In this document: one piece after another, positions 13,423 to 30,319 of the stretch
Numbering within the stretch: position 1 is the first letter of the stretch
Layout: each line of letters opens with the position of its first letter
Source: Eledone cirrhosa
Taxonomy: Eukaryota
Assembly: GCA_964016885.1 (NCBI GenBank)
Contig: OZ024745.1
Coordinates: 32,116,001 to 32,180,000, forward strand
Length of the DNA: 64,000 nucleotides
Reading direction: 5' to 3'
Notes under the pieces: generated by a model
Told to the model about the DNA's origin: nothing
The model's input: only the letters and a program-made list of their open reading frames with translations
Databases searched by the model: none
Program-made: the position numbers and the translations under genes

Positions 13423-14069
13423 GAGTTAGAAACTCAGAGTAGTTTCTTACAATTAAATAGCTCTAAGAAAAAAGCTTTTCCGAGCCGTGTAATATAATTG
13501 AATAAACAAGAAAGACGAAAATTAATATAAACATACATGTGTTCGAATCGTAAGGACTAGGTTAGCTAGGGTGAAAAAATACTAACTACAGCAATATGGT
13601 TTGTCAGACTTAATTTTAAGTAGTAAATTAAGAAAAATAACAGACCTATATCGGGCAATAGCCTGATATATATATATATATATGTGTGTTTGTATATGTG
13701 TTTATATATGTATATATATTCCCATCACTACTTCAATAAATATGTTAAGGAGGCTGTTTTGGTGAAAGAATAAAATACAATTAAATCATAAGTTATTCTC
13801 TATACTTGCTGGTAAAGCTCTAAAGTTATTAGTCAATGACTAATACTATTTTCACTCATAATATAATAAACTTTACTTAGCTTTTATCATTCACTGCATT
13901 AAATATAACACTAATTAAACCATTATATATGATAGTTGTATTATGTGACTATCTATATATGTGTTGGGGCATATAATACACACGCAAACACAAATACATA
14001 CACACACAAATACACACACATGCACACATACACCACTGTCGGGTAACCTATTTCAGGCCTACCACACTT

Positions 14070-14400
14070 AATATCGGCACACTTTGGAATATACAGAGAT
14101 CATGGGATATAGCTGAATAAATGAAGAGGGATCAAGGCTCCTAGAATTCAATGATGCAAATGAACTAACTATTTGTAACACTACTTTCAGGATTATGGTC
14201 AGTCACTTGATCACCTACCAATCAAATGAACACACAAGCCAGATTAACTTCTGGCTCAGTAGAAAAGGGATAAACAGGTGTTCATGAACTATATGTCCTT
14301 TTTGGGAGAAGAATGCATGCCTCCCAACATAGGTTAGTTATCAGTGAAGTCAGAATAAGAACTTGACAAAATCATAAATACAGGAAAACCTAGAAAAGGA
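14070..14400 (+). mobile_element. Old degraded RTE endonuclease fragment
   Basis: aatgaagagggatcaaggctcctagaattc..gatgcaaatgaactaactatttgtaacact matches the [21 protein letters not shown] region of family A; many disablements. Confidence 0.7.
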
Positions 14401-14630
14401 AAGACTAGGTGATGGTGGTGGTGGTGGTGCTGGTGGTGATGGAGGAGGAAATGGAAACTGAAAATGTTCTTACACTTCTCTACTTGCATTTCATCCTGTC
14501 TGTGTGAGAAGGCAAGTCTTCTGTAAATCAGTCAACTAGATCCTGTGACATTTCCCTCATTAGATCAGTCTTTACCACATCCCATCTTTGCCAGAATCTA
14601 CCTCTTGCACAGCTGTTAATGTTCATATAC

Positions 14631-14665
<35 letters not shown>

Positions 14666-14766
14666 CCATTCCAGCTTGGTTTTCTCTCAGTTTATTGATA
14701 CACACACATCTAATCTAATCCCTTTTATGCTCAGCTTTTCTCTCAGTTTATTGATACACACACATA

Positions 14767-14850
<84 letters not shown>

Positions 14851-15949
14851 AATTTGTATATCTTTGAGTGAGGTATATTGTCAAAAGTTAGAAGCATCAA
14901 TAATGAGAACTCATAAACCAGTGCTTTTAAACGAAAATACCTTACAGTATTTCTTCTACCTGAGTTTCACAGACAATTTCTTACCACTCTCCTCCTCATC
15001 ATAAATGCAACGAAAAGATGATACTGTTCACTAAATGCAATACAATTTTATATATATTTTTAATGAAAAAAAGCCCAAATTTGATTCCCAGTTGTAGCTA
15101 TTCTACTTCACTCCATTTACCCATTTACATTACTAATGCCCCTGAGAAAGGTAGGTAGGAATGGCATACGATCTCATTTGCCAGCCACCACCTCTATAAA
15201 TCTGCCAAGCACAATTTGACAGAACCCAGTAAACATTAGATAGTATCTCTCTAAAACCATATCATTAAGCTTCTAACAGCTATTAACCTAACAGAAAAAT
15301 AAAGTGGTAATATGGTAAATTTTATTTCATACCCATGGGAGAATGTTGACATTAATCTTCTTTAATTACTACCAAAACAGTTTTCTTTACAATTTTCAAA
15401 TTATTTTATTTTATTTTATTTGATGTTTAATTTCTTTAAGTAGCAGCCATATCTTTAATACTGCTATTATATGACAGGAGTCCAATAATCTATTATGTTA
15501 TAGGAGCACCTCTTAAAGGTTTCTTCTTTTTTATAGTGTATGTAAAGGCAACGATTTAGTATAGTCATTGGAACATCGGAGAGAATGCTTTGCAGTATTC
15601 ATTCTGGCTCCCTGCTTTCTGGGTTCAAATCACACCAAGGTCAACTTTGCTTTTCATTCTTTTGAGGCCTATAAAAAAAGTACCAGTCTAATACAGGAGC
15701 TGAATCTTTCTTTATATCTCTTTCTCTCTCTATATATATATATATCTTTCTCTCTTTCACACTTGAAGAAATCGGTGTTATGCGTCCATAGTTTATGTAA
15801 AGCAGTGAACTGGCAGTCATTAAAGCATCAGATAGAAATACCTTACTGTATTTGTTCCAGTTCTCTCCGCTAAGTTCAAATCCCACCAAGCTCAACTTTG
15901 CTTTTCGATTTTCCAGGATTGATAAATAAATTACTAGTCAGGTGCTGGA

Positions 15950-16240
15950 GTGGAGGTGTGTAGCCTAGTGGTAAGTGTGTTGGACTTACGATCATAATGT
16001 TGTGGGTTCGATTCCTAGGCTGTGTGTTGTGTTCATGAGCAAAACACTTTATTTCATGTTGCTCCAGTATACTCAGCTGAAAATGAGTACCAGCAGCAGC
16101 TGGGGGTTTAACTCTGTGATAGACTGCTGTTCTGTTCAGGAGGGAGTCTTGTACTCTCAAATAAAACTGACTCAGACCATAACGATCCATTCAATTCATG
16201 CTAGCATGGTAAGTGGATATAAAATGATGTTGATGATAAT
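15950..16240 (+). mobile_element. Older tRNA-derived SINE
   Basis: ggaggtgtgtagcctagtggtaag...gggttcgattcc...gagcaaaacactttatttca; (gat)n-like tail; similar copy near 53105-53320. Confidence 0.7.
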
Positions 16241-16339
16241 ACTTAAATATAATACATAAATGAGGAGGAGGAGGAGGAGCAGAAAAAGAAGGAGAGGGAC
16301 AAGGGGCAAGCAGAATGTAACTGCAATATTTATGACTGA

Positions 16340-16620
16340 TATATCCTAAACGGACGGTAGTCCGTTTAGTAATATTGTTGTGGTCGTGTTTTCGTTGGCA
16401 ATCGTCTGTTTACGACAGTACAACGCGGCTCTACTTTATTTAACTGAGATAAAACTTATATGAGCATGAACAGTAGATCATTACGCATCTTTTGGCTTAA
16501 AAATCTAGAAATTTGGTCCAGCAGGAAAAAGTTTATAATCAAAGTTTGCTGATAAATCTTGTGTTCAAGTGAGTGAGTAGTAAGCGTGACGCTAGGGGAG
16601 GTAATCCAGAAATGACGACG
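16340..16620 (+). mobile_element. Possible Helentron-associated (HINE/DINE-like) element end
   Basis: Perfect 10-bp hairpin CTAAACGGAC-ggta-GTCCGTTTAG at 16346-16369, followed by a CpG-richer stretch; family assignment by resemblance only. Confidence 0.35.
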
Positions 16621-16955
16621 TTTGGAAAAGTTTAATTACAGCATGAAAGAAATGATTCAAAAATTGAACTTGCCCAATCTTCACAGCATTGAAAATTGGT
16701 CAAAATTTGACAAATCTGAACAATGTTGGAAATCTTAAATTGACACAAATTTTTGCCAATGTTTTTGCCACCTGATCCTTGTTCTATGGCTGACTGACTA
16801 ATTTTGTGACTTAATAAAATGTCATCATACTAGTAATGCACAATGGTTATTTTTAAATTTAAATTTTATTAAATAGTTGTTGCTTGCATTGCCTTAAAAT
16901 AGTAACAAGAATGTACACATACTTTTTAAAAATACATCATTATCAGTCAAATCAG

Positions 16956-17315
16956 TCAAATGTCACTAAAAGCCAGGTGGTCGATTACAACTTCTATAAG
17001 ATTAGTTACATGCTCACACATTGGATCACCTCTCATCAATGGCATTGGGTATCTGAGATAATCGTGGAGATAACTGATGAAGTCACAAATGAAGTGATGG
17101 TCTTCCAGTGTGAACAACTCCCTATATCCATTGATATATGTGATGGCTTCCGATTCATAGGTGCATTTTATGAGGAATTCCATGCATCCGATTTTCAGTG
17201 ATTCAATGGGCATTTTATCAGAGATGATAAGGTATTTGACCACGTTTTGCTTTGTAAGTAAATTGGAGAGAATCACTGCAGTCAAAGTCATTTCTTTGCA
17301 TGGGTTTTTGTCCAT
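16956..17315 (-). CDS. Hypothetical 119-aa protein (candidate single coding exon)
   Basis: Non-repetitive ORF with ATG 1 nt after a ttttaactttttAG acceptor-like site (AG at 17318-17317) and AATAAA at 16870-16865; no recognisable family. Confidence 0.35.
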   Translation of the reverse strand: MDKNPCKEMTLTAVILSNLLTKQNVVKYLIISDKMPIESLKIGCMEFLIKCTYESEAITYINGYRELFTLEDHHFICDFISYLHDYLRYPMPLMRGDPMCEHVTNLIEVVIDHLAFSDI

Positions 17316-17649
17316 TCTAAAAAGTTAAAATGATAAAGTATTACTACTATATAACTTACATCTATTGTTGTAACACCATTGAAATGCACAAGTTTCACCA
17401 ATTCACTATTATGCACTAATCATCTCAAATGCATTCATGATTTACTAGCTTTGTCATTAAGCCAGTTGCCTCAACTAGATTGCAATTATACTCAAAAGAA
17501 CTTTAAAATGTCAATCACTTGTCAGTAATTCACTATGATCATTTAATTATTAGATAGTTGTTGCTTGCATTGCCTTAAAAAATAGTAGACCAGATAGAAA
17601 AATGCGTACAGCAAAGAAAGGTAATATTGTTGGAATATAAACCTTTAAA

Positions 17650-17770
17650 AATACAGGACAAGAAACTAAAATAAAACTTTAAAAGAATAGGACAAGAAAC
17701 TAAGATAAAACTTTAAAGAATAGGACAAGAAACTAAGATAAAACTTTAAAGAATTGGACAAGAAATAAAA
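17650..17770. repeat. ~33-bp tandem repeat, about 3.5 copies
   Basis: ggacaagaaactaagataaaactttaaagaata repeated. Confidence 0.85.
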
Positions 17771-17909
17771 AATGTTATCTTGACTCTGTATTCCGTTTAT
17801 CTTTCACCGAAAGTGATTTTTGAATGCATCTCTTCTTTCCATGATATCCGGATTACATTGAGTTCTTCATACGGATTGGACACTACCGTAAACTTTTGGT
17901 AGATTTATC

Positions 17910-17923
17910 TACATATATATATA

Positions 17924-17966
<43 letters not shown>

Positions 17967-17991
17967 ATATATATATATATGTATATATATG

Positions 17992-18052
<61 letters not shown>

Positions 18053-18059
18053 GTATATA

Positions 18060-18106
<47 letters not shown>

Positions 18107-18111
18107 GTGTG

Positions 18112-18145
<34 letters not shown>

Positions 18146-18287
18146 TGTATATATATGTATATATATATATATGTATATATATGTGTGTATATATATATAT
18201 GTATATATATGTGTGTATATATATATATGTATATATATGTGTGTATATATATGTATATATATGTGTGTATATATATATGTATATATG

Positions 18288-18334
<47 letters not shown>

Positions 18335-18337
18335 GTA
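17910..18337. repeat. Interrupted (TA)n array (G-interrupted on + strand)
   Basis: (TA)n with TG interruptions, abutting the RTE 3' tail. Confidence 0.95.
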
Positions 18338-21120
18338 TCATCATCATCATCAGGTTTAGCGTCCGTGTTCCACGCTTGCATGGGTTTGGACGGGGGTTTT
18401 CCCACTTGAGGCAAGAGTGGTTGTCTTGCTCGCATAGGACTGTCTGGCGGGTTTTCTACAGTTGGATGCCCTTCCTAACACCAACCACATTTACAGTATG
18501 GGGCTGGGAGGTTTTTACCATGTTGCCTACACGGCCACATTACAGCGTGGACTGTCTGGCGGGTTTTCTACAGCTGGATGCCCTTCCTAACACCAACCAC
18601 ATTTACAGTGTGGGGCTGGGAGGTTTTTACCGTGTTGCCTACACGGCCACATTTACAGCATGGACTGTGTGTTTTTTGTCGTGACACCTACACGAACTCA
18701 TTTGTTTCGGCCTGGATGTTGTGGGACCAACATAACTTTACATTGAAGGGGCGGTGTGGGTGGGGTGGAGGTGGTGGGACGGGGGGGTGTTTTGATAGAG
18801 ATGCCTACTGACTGTAGTAGGTTTTTACTTTGTATTTAGGTAAGGCGGGTCTTCTCTATTACTGAGTACCGCCAAAGGTCTCGGTCCAGTGACATTGTCT
18901 TGGAGAGGTGTAAGCGTGTGAGGTCGGAATTTATTAGCTCGTCCCATGTTTTTCTGGGTCTGCCTACTCCGTGGCTACCGTCTATCTTTATTGCCCTGCA
19001 CTTTGTTATACAGCTGTCGTCTTTCATGCGCATCACGTGACCGTACCAACGTAGCCTTCTCTCGAGTAAACAACATCTGATCCCTCTTATTTCTAATTTT
19101 TTCCTTAGTTCGTTTATGCTTTGCCGTTCACGTATAGGAGCTAGTATTTTGTGAGCACTTGCTGCTACTTATTGTACCAGAGCACCGGCTACATGTAAAA
19201 TCTATGTTCTTAGTTAGCTTACCTGTGATCCCACTACATCTTTTATGCACCCATACTTTGCATTTTGGACATAAAATGGAGTTTCTACCTACGCCTTTCC
19301 TACACACTGAGCATGGCCATTTCCCAGATGGGACCGCCGCCTTATTTTCTTTCCTACAAACTAGAACTTTAGTCTTAGCCAGGTTAATTTTAAGGCCTTT
19401 TGATTCTAGGCCGTGCTTCCATGTTTGGAATTTCTTCTCTAGTTCGGTCATTGATTCAGCTATGAGCGTTAGATCATCTGCGTATAGGAGTTCCCATGGG
19501 CAGCCGGTCTTGAACTCCTCTGTTATAGCCTGAAGGGCAATAATAAATAGTAGGGGGCTAAGAACAGAGCCCTGATGGACACCAACTTTTACGCTAAACT
19601 CTTCACTATATTCGTTGTTAATTCTAACCTTACTGACTGTTTCTTTATACATGGCTTGTATAGCTCTCACAAGCCATTCGTCAACACCTAGTTTTCTAAG
19701 AGACCACCAGATAATGGAACGGGGGACTCTGTCGAAGGCTTTCTCCAAGTCGACGAAAGCTAAGTATAGGGGTTTACTTTTAGCTAGGTACTTCTCCTGT
19801 AGTTGTCATACAATGAAAAGAGCGTCTGTGGTACTTTTGCCTGACACAAACCCGAACTGCATTTCATCTAGATCAATTCTCTCTCTGATTAGTTGCGCTA
19901 TTACTTTTTCCGTGACCTTCATGACCTGGTCGATTAATTTAATGCCTCTATAGTTACTCCTATCTAGGGCATCTCCTTTTCCCTTATAGCAGTTAACGAT
20001 GATGCTGCTACGCCAGTCCTTCGGAACAACCCCATTCTGTACGACTTGGTTAACTATTCAGGTGACCATGGTGTGTCCCACCGTACCAGATGCCTTCAGC
20101 ATCTCAGCAACTATTTGCGAAGGCCCAGCCGCCTTACCCGTCTTCATATCTTTGATTGCCTTACTTATACTACCTTCAACTAACACTGCTGGTCCCTCTA
20201 TTGGATCGATCTGGGGGAGACTGTCTTTCTCCCATTTGTTCTCATTTAGAAGCCTTTCGTAGTGACACTTCCAAGCTACCTTCTTATCAGCGTCGGTGAT
20301 GGCAAGTATGCCATCATCGTTAAGTACACACTTCTCCCCGACAATATCACGGTTTTCCTTGACACATTGCCTGGCAATCCTGAACACCTCACGTTTTTGG
20401 TCCTCACGTTGTAGAACATGCTTGAACTTTCTTTCCTCTGCTTCCCTTGCGAAGTACACTTGTCTCCTAGCTTCCCTCCTGGCCACTTGATAGTCTTCTC
20501 TACTTCCCCCATCCCGCCATACTTTCCAAGCCTGCTTTTTGGCCTTAATTGACTCCTCCACCTTACTGTTCCACCACCATGTTACTCTCCTCCTACCTAC
20601 AGGCCTGCTCCAGCCACAGACTTCGTCTGCCGCCGTCAGCAGGTTTGCTCTCAGGAATTCCCACTGTTCCTCTATATTATACGACTCTAATTGCTCTTCC
20701 TTACTGTCGAAAGCGTCAAGTAATATGCTTTGAAATTTATTTCTGGCTATGGGGTCCTTTAGCTTCCATATTTTTCTCCTGAGGATAGTCCTCTTCCGCT
20801 GTCTAGTACGTCTCGTCCTGACTATGAGGTCGCTAATTATCAGTCTATGTTGGGAGGTGAATTCTTCATGGGGGAGGGATTTAGTGTTAACAACAGACAC
20901 TCTGTCACGTCTTCTGGTAAGGATATAATCTACCTGGCTTGTGTGTTCCCCCGATCTATAGGTGATCAAGTGATTGTCTCGTTTTTTTAAGTTAGTGTTA
21001 CAGATACTTAAGTTATTTGCGTCGCAGAATTCCAGGATTCTGGAGCCTTCCTCATTTCTAGTACCGAACCCATAGCCTCCATGGATTCCGTCATAGCCGT
21101 CACAATGTTGTCCAACGTTG
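18338..21120 (-). mobile_element. RTE LINE family A, 5'-truncated, frameshifted, with internal deletion
   Basis: ORF pieces 20058-21269, 19128-19748 and 18836-19036 (EN C-half, RT YADD, C-terminus); deletion near 19133; ~79-bp duplication in the 3' UTR; TA arrays on both sides. Confidence 0.95.
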
Positions 21121-21227
21121 TCCAATGTTGTACATGTATATATATATGTATATATATATATGTATATATATATATGTATATATATATGTATATATATATA
21201 TGTATATATATGTATGTATATATATAT

Positions 21228-21964
21228 GGTTTTACTTTGGGAGGGACATGTTGCCAATAAGAAACACACGCACCAGTTGCTTTCACTTCAATTTATTATA
21301 TATTTATAAATTTACAAATCTACAAACTTATAAATTTCTGGTTGGTTGGTTCCACAACCAGATAGTTGTTTATATATAGTCATAGTCCTTTCGTCACACA
21401 CTCTGTGACCTCTTCAGTGACTGGGGATTCCTTTCTTTGTTTCTGTGCCTTTCCTTTCTTCTATCCTACGCCATTTTGTTTCTGTGTGTGTGTTGTGAGC
21501 TCAGTTTGCGCATGCGCCACATCCGGGTGTCTGTGTGTGTTTGTGTTCATTTATCTATTTGTTTATTTATTTATTTATTGTTGGTTTGGTTGTTTGTTCT
21601 ATGTGTGTGTGTGTTTTCATTTTGTCCTGTGTGTGTTTTCATTTTGTCCTTAATTGTAAGTTGTTTGTTCTATGTGTGTGTGTGTTTTCATTTTGTCCTG
21701 TGTGTGTTTTGATTTTGTCCTTAATTGTAAGTTGTGATGTTGCTGTTCCACTCATTTTCTATTTAATTTTGGTTGTAATTCTTTTATGCTTACTGGCTCT
21801 GTAATTTGCCTATACATTGCATCTTTTCTGTATGTGGATACTATTATTTGTGTGTGGATTCTATTACTCTACTTATTGGCAACATGACCCTCCCAAAGTA
21901 TAACAATATCGGTTTCAACACACGATTTCAGATAAAGAATCTTGCTAAACAAATTCAGAAACGA

Positions 21965-21965
<1 letters not shown>
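21228..21965 (-). mobile_element. Penelope-like element 3' fragment (GIY-YIG C-terminus, 3' UTR, hammerhead) with inverted partial duplication
   Basis: Minus-strand translation ..[38 protein letters not shown]-(fs)-EWN resembles PLE GIY-YIG C-termini; a ~30-bp piece (21232-21261) is an inverted copy of 21872-21900. Confidence 0.7.
21378..21422 (-). ncRNA. Minimal type I hammerhead ribozyme
   Basis: Minus strand: AGTCA-CTGAAGA-g-GTCACA(gagtg)TGTGAC-GAAA-G(ga)-CTA/TGACT; 5-bp stem I, 6-bp stem II, CUA triplet. Confidence 0.75.
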
Positions 21966-23204
<1,239 letters not shown>

Positions 23205-23812
23205 TGGTGGCTGCCAACTCGTTTTCGAGTACGGCCACTACTTTATATCCATGTAGGAGAACCCCTACCGATACGCTGAACGAGTGTGACTTTTTAGTCC
23301 AGCCAGCAACTTGAAAACTCTGGTACAAACACTACACTTGTGACAATTATTGACACATAGTGCTGGGCCCATGGTACCATGTAATGACAAGTGCAGAGAG
23401 ATCTCCAGATACAAAGCAATGCCTGTGCCGTGAAGCTTTTATAGTGAGCAAAGGCACTGCACAAAGCCAGTCCCACTCTCTTAACCAAGATGATATTTAC
23501 CAAAAAGAAGAACAAGTCAACATCATTGGATACCATCAGGGTTGCAGGTGTTATATCAGAGTTTTCCTTCTCCTAGAATTCTGCCTTGACAAAGGCTAAG
23601 GGGTCATCTCTCCCGGTGATTTTGGATGGCCATTGACTCTTAAGAGCTCCTTTGCCCTTTGACAGGTTTTGTTTTTAGTCCTGCAGGATGTCCAAAGTCA
23701 CCCTCCTCACCAAGAAACCTTAGTGGGGTTGCCAGTTTAGTCGCCAACGACCCGACCATGAGACAGGTTGTACTGGGATACATGTTACCAGTAGCACCAA
23801 GTGGTGACCTGA
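23205..23812 (-). mobile_element. ~600-bp dispersed repeat, probably a non-autonomous retroelement, copy 1
   Basis: Colinear, highly similar copy at 54445-55021; contains a ctaggagaaggaaaactctga motif reminiscent of RTE 5' UTRs; flanked by TA arrays; strand is inferred. Confidence 0.75.
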
Positions 23813-23935
23813 CATATACATATACATATATATATACATATATATATATATACATATATATATACATATATATATATATACATATATATATACACATATA
23901 TATATATACATATATATATACATATATATATACAC

Positions 23936-23998
<63 letters not shown>

Positions 23999-24217
23999 CA
24001 TATATATATACATATATATATACATATATATATACATATATATATATACATATATATATATATACATATATATATATACATATATATATATACATATATA
24101 TATATACATATATATATATACATATATATATATACATATATATATATACATATATATATATACATATATATATACATATATATATATACATATATATATA
24201 TACATATATATATATAC

Positions 24218-24266
<49 letters not shown>

Positions 24267-24267
24267 C

Positions 24268-24314
<47 letters not shown>

Positions 24315-24337
24315 CATATATACATATATATATATAC

Positions 24338-24386
<49 letters not shown>

Positions 24387-24387
24387 C

Positions 24388-24440
<53 letters not shown>

Positions 24441-24482
24441 CATATATACATATATATATATACATATATATATATACATATA
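23813..24482. repeat. Interrupted (TA)n array (C-type)
   Basis: Direct inspection. Confidence 0.95.
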
Positions 24483-24910
24483 TGTTCTGACTCTAGCTAC
24501 TGTACTTTCAGAGCACCCTCCCCCACTGCTGATTTTGTCAACCAGGTCACGGAAGCTGTCCACTATTTCTATAGAACCCTCTGCGCAATTGAAAGAGCTA
24601 GTATTTTGTGGGCACTTGCTGCTACTTATTGCACCAGAGCACCGGCCACATGTAAAATCTATGTTCTTAGTTAGCTTACCTGTGATCCCACTACATCTTT
24701 TATGCACCCATATTTTGCATTTGGGACATAAAATGGAGTTTCTACCTACGCCTTTCCTACACACTGAGAATGGCCATTTCCCAGAAGGGATCGGCGCCTT
24801 ATTTTCTTTCCTACAAACTAGAACTTTAGACTTAGCCAGGGTAATTTTAAGGCCTTTTGATTCTAGGCCGTGCTTCCATGTTTGGAATTTCTTCTCTAGC
24901 TCGGCCATTT
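24483..24910 (-). mobile_element. RTE family A internal fragment (PHD region)
   Basis: [19 protein letters not shown]...[10 protein letters not shown] in ORF 23640-24908(-); truncated at both ends. Confidence 0.9.
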
Positions 24911-24950
24911 ATTGTACTGCCTCTCTGTTCTGTCCCTGTTCAATTTTTCA

Positions 24951-26238
<1,288 letters not shown>

Positions 26239-26246
<8 letters not shown>

Positions 26247-26509
26247 GCAAACACAACTACATAGGACAGACGGGCACCTCATTACGCAAAAGAATGACCA
26301 TCCACCGCCAACAAATCTGGGACGCTAACACAAGAAAAATCCCCTTGAGCAGCCATATTGCGAACTGCGCAGGAATGACACTACCCAACTTTAAAATCTT
26401 CCCCTTCTACAAGTGCTCAGATTCGTTCACACAGCAACAAAGAATAAACAAAGAAAATCTATTCCTTAACAAATTTAAACCAAAACTAAACGGGTTATCA
26501 CCCCAATAG
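26239..26509 (+). mobile_element. Penelope-like element GIY-YIG endonuclease fragment
   Basis: [24 protein letters not shown]...LSSHIANC...[17 protein letters not shown]: YIG-T, R, H, E and P-LN motifs of the PLE-type GIY-YIG domain; 5'-truncated at a TA array. Confidence 0.88.
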
Positions 26510-26829
26510 AATTGTCATAAAATATAAACACACATACGCACGGAGTGACAGATATATGTGTTTGCATGTGTGCATGTATATAATTATCACTACTATTAAA
26601 GACCAGAGACCAATTCTGTAGAATCAGGTTTATTCGTTGACAGACCATGCCTTTGTGTGACCAACACATCCATGTTAAACCCTGCACGTGCACACACATA
26701 TATCTATATATATATGCGCACACAGAATTCACCACTGTCGGTTGCGGGGCCCAATCTACATGAAGAACTCAATGTGATCAGAATGACTTGTATTTTAATT
26801 TCACTGTCCCAACTTCTTATATTATGGAA

Positions 26830-26995
26830 AAAATATATGTGTATGTATGTATATATATATATATTTGGAGGCCATTTCTGTGTGTGGGTGTATGTATGTG
26901 TATATGTGTATGTGTGTGTATGTGTGTGCATGTGGATGTATGTATTGTGTGTGCGTGTGTGTAAGTATGTGTGTATCTGGATGTATGCATATGTG

Positions 26996-27036
<41 letters not shown>

Positions 27037-27259
27037 ATATATATGTGTGTGTATGTGTATATATATGTGTGTGTGTATGTATATATATGTGTGTGTGTGT
27101 GTATGTATGTGTGGGAGTGTGTGTATATATATATATATATATATATGTGTATATATATATGTGTGTGTGTGTGTGTGTATGTGTGTGTGTGTGTGTGTAT
27201 GTATGTGTGTGTGTGTGTGTATGTATGTGTGTATCTGGATGTATGTGTATGTATATATA

Positions 27260-27292
<33 letters not shown>

Positions 27293-27371
27293 GTGTGTAT
27301 GTGTATATATGTGTGTGTGTGTGTGTGTATGTGTGTATGTATATGTATGTGTGTGTGTATGTATGTGTGTG

Positions 27372-27410
<39 letters not shown>

Positions 27411-27460
27411 GTGTATGTATATGTATGTATGTGTGGATGAAGGTATGTGTGTATATATAG
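26830..27460. repeat. Compound (GT)n/(AT)n microsatellite
   Basis: Direct inspection. Confidence 0.95.
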
Positions 27461-27772
27461 GTGTAAGTGCACTAAATCCCTTTCTATCACGCTCCACTCT
27501 CCTACCCACCACAGGAAGATATATGTATGTATATTGCTTCCACTCCCTCACTGACCAGCAGCTGGCCAGTTGGCCATTGCGAAATCTGACCTTTATAAAA
27601 TAACCCACACCCCAAATAACTTCTCATTCACTACCAGAAAGGGACACAGCAGTCAACTTGTTGTTGCTACCTAGATGAAAACTACTATGAAATCCCACAA
27701 TGAATTTTATACTTGAATTTTCAAATCTCAAATTTTAACTCTTCGTATTATTAATTTTTCTTAATATTAATC

Positions 27773-27820
27773 AACATTTGAAAAGATGGCTTTTGCAGAC
27801 CCATCGAAACCGGTCATTTT
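27773..27820 (+). ncRNA. Minimal type I hammerhead ribozyme (U3-A8 core variant)
   Basis: AAcAT-TTGAAAA-GATGG(cttttgcagac)CCATC-GAAA-CCG-GTC/ATtTT; palindromic stem III ACCGGT, GUC triplet, weak stem I; downstream of and co-oriented with the GIY-YIG fragment. Confidence 0.7.
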
Positions 27821-27960
27821 TTATACCCTTTATTATTTCCTTACCTTATAAAATTATATGTTTTTTCACAAAAAAGTATTCTGTCTCTTATATATCCCAT
27901 GTGCCATTACCAACCTCAATTTTCTCTATAACCTTCGTTTTGTGTAGAAAATTACACTTT

Positions 27961-30319
<2,359 letters not shown>

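Noticed and set aside
17790-17890. Short similarity to 26750-26790 with TGAAGA...GAAA on the minus strand
   Set aside because: Core position 3 is wrong and stem II is ambiguous; too degenerate to call
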